Source: an uncultured Verrucomicrobiae bacterium
GTDB taxonomy: Bacteria > Verrucomicrobiota > Verrucomicrobiia > Chthoniobacterales > UBA10450
DNA length: 64,000 nt
Reading direction: 5' to 3'
Assembly: GCA_963772365.1 (NCBI GenBank)
Contig: CAVYXA010000005.1
Coordinates: 160,001-224,000 of the forward strand
Below are positions 59,318 through 64,000 of this stretch, one piece after another. The notes beneath the pieces are model-generated. The model made no database searches. It saw only the letters and a list, made by a program, of their open reading frames with translations, and was not told the DNA's origin. The translations under genes and the position numbers were made by a program. Position 1 is the first letter of the stretch. Each line of letters starts with the position of its first letter.

Positions 59318-59394
59318 GCCACAGATGAACACGGATGAAACACGGATGTAAAGGCCTCACTGCTGATCTGTGAAAATCCGTGCTAATCCGTGGC
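59318..59394. mobile_element. Gene-less copy of the GxxExxY-flanking inverted-repeat element
   Basis: gccacagatgaacacggatgaaacacggat, 18-nt spacer, atctgtgaaaatccgtgctaatccgtggc. Confidence 0.75.
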
Positions 59395-60216
59395 CTAAAC
59401 TTTTCCAGCAAAGAACGGATTGTGCGCTTTTTCCTCTCCGATCGTCGTCATAGGCCCGTGCCCTGGGCAAATGATTGTTTCATCCCGCAGGGTGAGAATT
59501 TTATCGAGATTATTTCGAACTGCGTCGGCGTAGGAAATATTTCCACCTCCCATTGAGCCGGCGAAAATTGAATCGCCGGCGATTGCGACCGGCCGCGCGA
59601 GTCCGTTCGCGACGAATGTCATTCCGCCGGGCGAATGTCCCCAGGTCGAGCGTGCTTCGATGTCGATCTTTCCCAGGTGAAAATGTTTACCTTCCTCGAT
59701 CGATTCCGCCCCGGGCACGGATTCTTTCTGAGGTGCAAACACATGAGCGCCGGTTTCTTCGCGTAACCGTGGCAGATCTGCCACGTGATCGGGATGCGCG
59801 TGAGTTAGCAGAATCATTTGCACGTGGAGCTTGTGAGCTTTCACAAAGCGGAGCATTTCCCGGCAATCTGCGCCGGTATCGAATGCGGCGGCATTCCTGG
59901 TTTCTGGGTCCCAAACGAGATATGCGTTGACGAGCATTCCATCATAATCGGTGCTGAATTGGGCAAGCCCGTCGAGCTTGTCGATCTTCTTCGGCTTCCA
60001 CCTTTCTCTGGCAAGATCGACAAGCGCATCCGGATTGAGATCGAGCGCGGAGGCGACTGCGCGAATGGTCTCGTCGTCAAATTTGCCCTCGCGGAGCTGG
60101 CGAGCTTTTTCCTGCGTGACGCCTGCTTTTTCGGCAAGCTCGCTGTCGGAAATCCGCAGGCCGCGCTGCGCTTTGCCAATCACATCGCCAAAATTATCTT
60201 CGAGTGGAACGCTCAT
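59395..60216 (-). CDS. MBL-fold hydrolase with N-terminal XRE-like HTH
   Basis: GDVIGKAQRGLRISDSELAEKAGV; THAHPDH, GHSPGG, GD, PGHGP. Confidence 0.9.
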   Translation of the reverse strand: MSVPLEDNFGDVIGKAQRGLRISDSELAEKAGVTQEKARQLREGKFDDETIRAVASALDLNPDALVDLARERWKPKKIDKLDGLAQFSTDYDGMLVNAYLVWDPETRNAAAFDTGADCREMLRFVKAHKLHVQMILLTHAHPDHVADLPRLREETGAHVFAPQKESVPGAESIEEGKHFHLGKIDIEARSTWGHSPGGMTFVANGLARPVAIAGDSIFAGSMGGGNISYADAVRNNLDKILTLRDETIICPGHGPMTTIGEEKAHNPFFAGKV

Positions 60217-60260
60217 TCCCCAGTTTGGATTCGGTTTTCGCTTCAAACCTATCTCAAAAC

Positions 60261-60453
60261 GTCATTCTGAGCGAAGCGAAGAATGGAGCGAATGGGATGA
60301 GCGACATGGACTGTAAGGCCGCAAGGGTAGCGGCGAGTGAGTCGGGAGACGAACGAGTTCAATCTCTGATCATTTTCTGTAGAGAAAAAGAATGAGATGT
60401 TTCCCAGCCTTCGCATAAAGCTACGGCGAGGCAAGTGCTGCGCTCAACATGAC
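60261..60453. repeat. GTCATTCTGAGC...CTCAACATGAC palindromic element with two nested inserts
   Basis: Arms gtcattctgagcgaagcgaagaat..ctc and gagatgtttc..gctgcgctcaacatgac, interrupted at 60285-60363 and 60404-60436. Confidence 0.75.
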
Positions 60454-60540
60454 AAGCTATTTGTGAGACCGATTCCAGGCTATTGGCGGAACGTCACTGT
60501 TTCTATCTCGATACAAGGACATGCAATCGGATCTGATTTA

Positions 60541-62593
60541 CTACCGCGGCGGCAAGAACCGGCGGATCATTCGCGAGATTTCTTCCGACTGACGGCGCTT
60601 ATCATCGGCTCTGGTTCGTCTTGGGGTCGACTTGTGGGTAGTGGATTCTTTCTCGGAATCATCTTCGGGTGAAGGCGAAGCATCAGCCAAAGCGGAGCTA
60701 GGGTCGGTTTGCACGATCGCGCCGCGTTCGCGATAGATATTTTTCTTGTCGGTACCGTCAAAAGTGACAATGCACCATGGTCAATTCACTTTTCGGTCCC
60801 GCGCCTACGCCAAAGACTGTGTTGCCGCCGAAGCGACAGTTATCCAGCGTCACTGAACCGCGCCACGATGATTTGCCACGGTAACCGCTCAGCACGCCGC
60901 GGGAATTGTTCTGCACATCGCAATCGGAGGCGGTCAGCTCGCCGTTAAGGTAGGCATAAAGTCCGTGATCGCGATTTGAGAGCACTTTTGTCTTGGTGAC
61001 TTTGAGGTGTGAGTTTGGGTCGATCACTACCAGACCGTCGTTATTGTCGTGAATCTCCGAATCTCCAACTTCAGCAGAGGCGCCGGCACAAACCCCGAGC
61101 GCGGTAGTGTTGCGGAAAAATTGCGAATGTTTGATTTCCGCCATGCCCCCGGGCTGGGTGCGATCGCCTACCACGAGACCGAGTCCCTGGGAACCGGAGA
61201 TTTCCGAATCTTCGAGCGTCAGCTTTGCGCCCAAAAGCACGCTCATCCCGTACGGGGCCGAATTCGCGACCACAGTGTGACGTATGACTGCAAAGGACGA
61301 CTGACCGACGACAGAAATCGGCAGCGATCCCGCGGCGATCTGGTTAGGCTGTCGAAGGCCGTTCTGATTGAAGTTGCACTTTTCCATCTCCAGATGGCCG
61401 CCATTGGTAATCAAAACGCCAGACCGATTCGATTCGAAAGAGTCGTTCGTCAGTCTGGCGTGTCCCGATGTGCGCACGATCAACAATCCGACTACGCCTC
61501 GCGACGAAGCACCGTTTTCCTTGAAGGAAGTGTTTGTCAGAGTAAGCGACGCATTGTTTTCGACTACGATGCCAACCTCGTTATTCGTGAAATGACAATC
61601 GTCTCCGGTCAGTTGTGTCTTCTCTCCGGCCATCGAGATGATCGCGCCTTCGCTATCGTTGATCGCGCTGTTTTCAAACGCGCACGAATGCAACTCGGCG
61701 CTCGCTCCGCTCAGCGCGGTCAATCCGATTTTCGAATTCGCGAATGAAGACTGAGTGAAATTCCCTTTGGCGTTCTGCTGCAAACCCACCGCTGCTCCTT
61801 TTGCCGAGGTAAAACTGGAGCCGACCGCCTTAATGGATGCGTTTCCCGTAGCCATTACGCCTAGGTTGGTATTCGATTGCACTTTGCACGTGTCCATTGT
61901 CAGATCGGCACCGTCCGCGACGACGACGGCCGGCAAATCGCCGATACCATTGCAGAGTAGCTGTATATTTGTTAGAGAAACATCCTTCGACATCACCACG
62001 GCGCACGATTTTCCTTCGCCCTGAATCATCACCAGGCCGCCGATGGTCGATTCTCCGACCAGATGAACCGGCTTCTTCAAAATTAAATTGCCCGGATACA
62101 GTCCGGGCGGAATCTTAATTGTCGTCCCCGCCGGCGCATTGGCGATCTTCTCGGCGAGATCGCTGATTCCCTGCCCACCGCCGGGACGCGTGGTATCATT
62201 GCCGATCTCTGCGCCGTTGCCCGAGCGTGGCGGAATCACGACGATGGTGGTGCCATTTTGTGTTCGCACAGAAGTGGTCGCACTTGGCGGTGGCTGCGGA
62301 TTCTGTTTCGTCACACCGGTTTTTTTGGAACCGGAATGCCTAACGGCAAATGCGACGAGCGCGAGCACAACGATCGCAGCGATCGGGATCCCGATAGTGC
62401 GCGGGTTCAGCGAAATCGGAATCGAAATTGGCGCCGCCGGCTTTTCCAGATCTGGAGGAAGCGGTGGAGGCTCCGCGGGTTTCTCGACTGGCGGGGCAGT
62501 TACAATATTTACCGCCCCGCAATCCGGACAGTTTGCATGCTTCGTCGGATCGTAAACGCGACCACAAGTGCAACGAATGCGTTTCACGTTCAT
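60541..62593 (-). CDS. Zinc-ribbon, TM and right-handed beta-helix protein; extra T near 60760 truncates the last ~70 aa
   Basis: CTCG...CPDCG, TM, beta-helix repeats; removing one T gives HF-DGTDKKNIYRERGAIV...RRFLPPR-stop at 60541. Confidence 0.8.
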
Positions 62594-63732
62594 GGCGTCG
62601 GTGAAGGCGAAAGCCGCCGATTTCTTAGTTCGATCGCTTTCCGTCTTCTTTCCTCGATCGCACTTTGCGCGCTAGGGGAAGCGCTTGTGTTTGGTGCGGG
62701 CGATTGCCGCTGCAATCGCTCTCTCCGCAGCCTTTCCATCTCGTCCCGACCCTGATCCGCCGACGCGCCAGGTGTAGGCTGTTTGCCCGCGCGTTCTTTT
62801 CGCAATCGCTCCATTTCATTCCGCACATCGTCTCCCGGAAAAACCGGCGCAGTCGTGGTCACGGATGGGGATGGCGCAGGCGTAGGGATTTTCACATTCT
62901 TCATTAACGCCGTCCACTCGGCTTCGCGTTCGGCTGGAGTCGCTTCCTTGAAGGCAAGCTTATTGTCAGTATCGACCACAACGGTTCCAAGGAACGACCA
63001 ATATCGCTCCGGGGTCAGCGTTACTGCAGGCAGGACGAAATTCGTGCTTTTTCCGAAATCGCCGAAGACTGAGGTCCGTATTTCCGTTGCCGCTCTCGTT
63101 GTCGCGTCGCTGGCCAGTTTCACGTACACTTTGAAGTGCGTATCCGCGGGCGTGTCGGTTGTCATCCACACTGTGACCCCCCGACCCGGAACATACGCCA
63201 TTTCATCGTTCGACCAATTACTGAAGTTACGCGCTTTCGCGGGATCAAGAGGCCCGTTAACGCCCTTTCCTGTCTTCTCCGAAATCATGTCGTCCTGCAG
63301 GTATAGATCGATGTCCTGTGACATATTATTTCCAGTCGTGACGACGAGAAACGGTTTCTTCTGCTTTAGCCTTTGGTCTTTCTTGTCGATCGCGGCCTGC
63401 AAATCGTCGTTCTTCTTTTTCAATTCCTCATTTTCCGCGGCGTACGAATTCACCTGCCCTTGAAGTTGCTTCACCTGCGCTTCGAGTTCCTGAAGCTTTT
63501 TCTTTAGTTCTTCGACCTGGTTTGGATCCGAAAGATCGCCGTCTTGCAATCGATTGATGTCCTTGAACAAATCGTCAGTCGCCTGCTGTTGCTCTCGCAG
63601 ACCGCCGCTGCCGGGTGGTTTGTAATACGGCAGCGAGACAATCATCATAAAACAGAACGCGCCGAGCGCTCCGCACAAAATGTCGATGAGCGACATGTTG
63701 AAGATGTTTATCTCGCGCGGTCGAACTTTCAT
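62590..63732 (-). CDS. Single-TM partner of the MotA/TolQ protein with coiled coil
   Basis: REINIFNMSLIDILCGALGAF (Asp in TM, as in MotB/ExbD/TolR), coiled coil, Pro-rich tail. Confidence 0.75.
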   Translation of the reverse strand: MKVRPREINIFNMSLIDILCGALGAFCFMMIVSLPYYKPPGSGGLREQQQATDDLFKDINRLQDGDLSDPNQVEELKKKLQELEAQVKQLQGQVNSYAAENEELKKKNDDLQAAIDKKDQRLKQKKPFLVVTTGNNMSQDIDLYLQDDMISEKTGKGVNGPLDPAKARNFSNWSNDEMAYVPGRGVTVWMTTDTPADTHFKVYVKLASDATTRAATEIRTSVFGDFGKSTNFVLPAVTLTPERYWSFLGTVVVDTDNKLAFKEATPAEREAEWTALMKNVKIPTPAPSPSVTTTAPVFPGDDVRNEMERLRKERAGKQPTPGASADQGRDEMERLRRERLQRQSPAPNTSASPSAQSAIEERRRKAIELRNRRLSPSPTP

Positions 63733-63740
63733 TACCTGTA

Positions 63741-64000
63741 TCAGCTGCCGACATAGAGCCTGTTGATGAGATTCCGCAGCGTATAGTCGCCCGCTTTGTT
63801 CACGGCTGATTCTTCTTCCTGCTGCACCAGATGAAGCAGAAAAACGAGAATCGCGCTCTCGACCAGCGCGACCATGGTGCAATCGAAACCGACGCCCAGG
63901 GTCTTGGCGACCACCTTAAGGTCGAGAGTCGTCCCCGGGTCCCCCGCGGCCGAGAGCGACGCGCCTAGCGAGTAAACAGTGCCGATGAAACCAAGCGTCG
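63741..64000 (-). CDS. MotA/TolQ/ExbB proton channel family protein, 3' part
   Basis: Hand translation PTLGFIGTVYSLG...LGVGFDCTMVAL...LINRLYVGS-stop. Confidence 0.85.
   Translation of the reverse strand, partial: TLGFIGTVYSLGASLSAAGDPGTTLDLKVVAKTLGVGFDCTMVALVESAILVFLLHLVQQEEESAVNKAGDYTLRNLINRLYVGS

Noticed and set aside
63733..63882. N-terminal extension of the 430-aa ORF
   Set aside because: Overlaps the MotA-like gene in another frame; the likely start is ATG 63732.

Overview
GC-rich bacterial chromosome segment. Gene content (PEP-CTERM protein, cyclase-TolB-TPR protein, kelch/dockerin protein, orphan nuoA, UBact) points by inference to a soil Verrucomicrobiota (Chthoniobacterales-like) genome. 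Most genes are housekeeping: pyrR-pyrB-pyrC with a PyrR RNA site, secG, mazG, rlmI-like, purC, mdh, malQ, a UvrD/PcrA helicase, alpha-2-macroglobulin-pbpC, ECF sigma plus Ser/Thr kinase, recQ, nuoA, xerD, rho, yebC, an amidase, an ABC exporter and a peroxiredoxin. Main observations: (1) a GxxExxY PD-(D/E)XK nuclease gene is tightly enclosed by 30-bp inverted repeats, and two gene-less copies of the same repeat pair (both with 18-nt spacers) lie elsewhere in the window, suggesting an autonomous/non-autonomous mobile element family. (2) A 58-aa UBact gene missing from the ORF track heads a proteasome beta-alpha operon with no adjacent ligase, deamidase or ATPase; the proteasome genes carry about ten indels. 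(3) A secreted protein, an SdpA-like protein, an HTTM protein and a membrane cyclase-TPR protein form one cluster. (4) Many REP/REPIN-like palindromes are present, several nested inside each other or inserted in-frame in rlmI, purC and the ABC transporter. Several single-base frameshifts probably reflect long-read consensus error. No rRNA, tRNA or CRISPR array was recognised. Family assignments come from motif recognition; no database searches were run.
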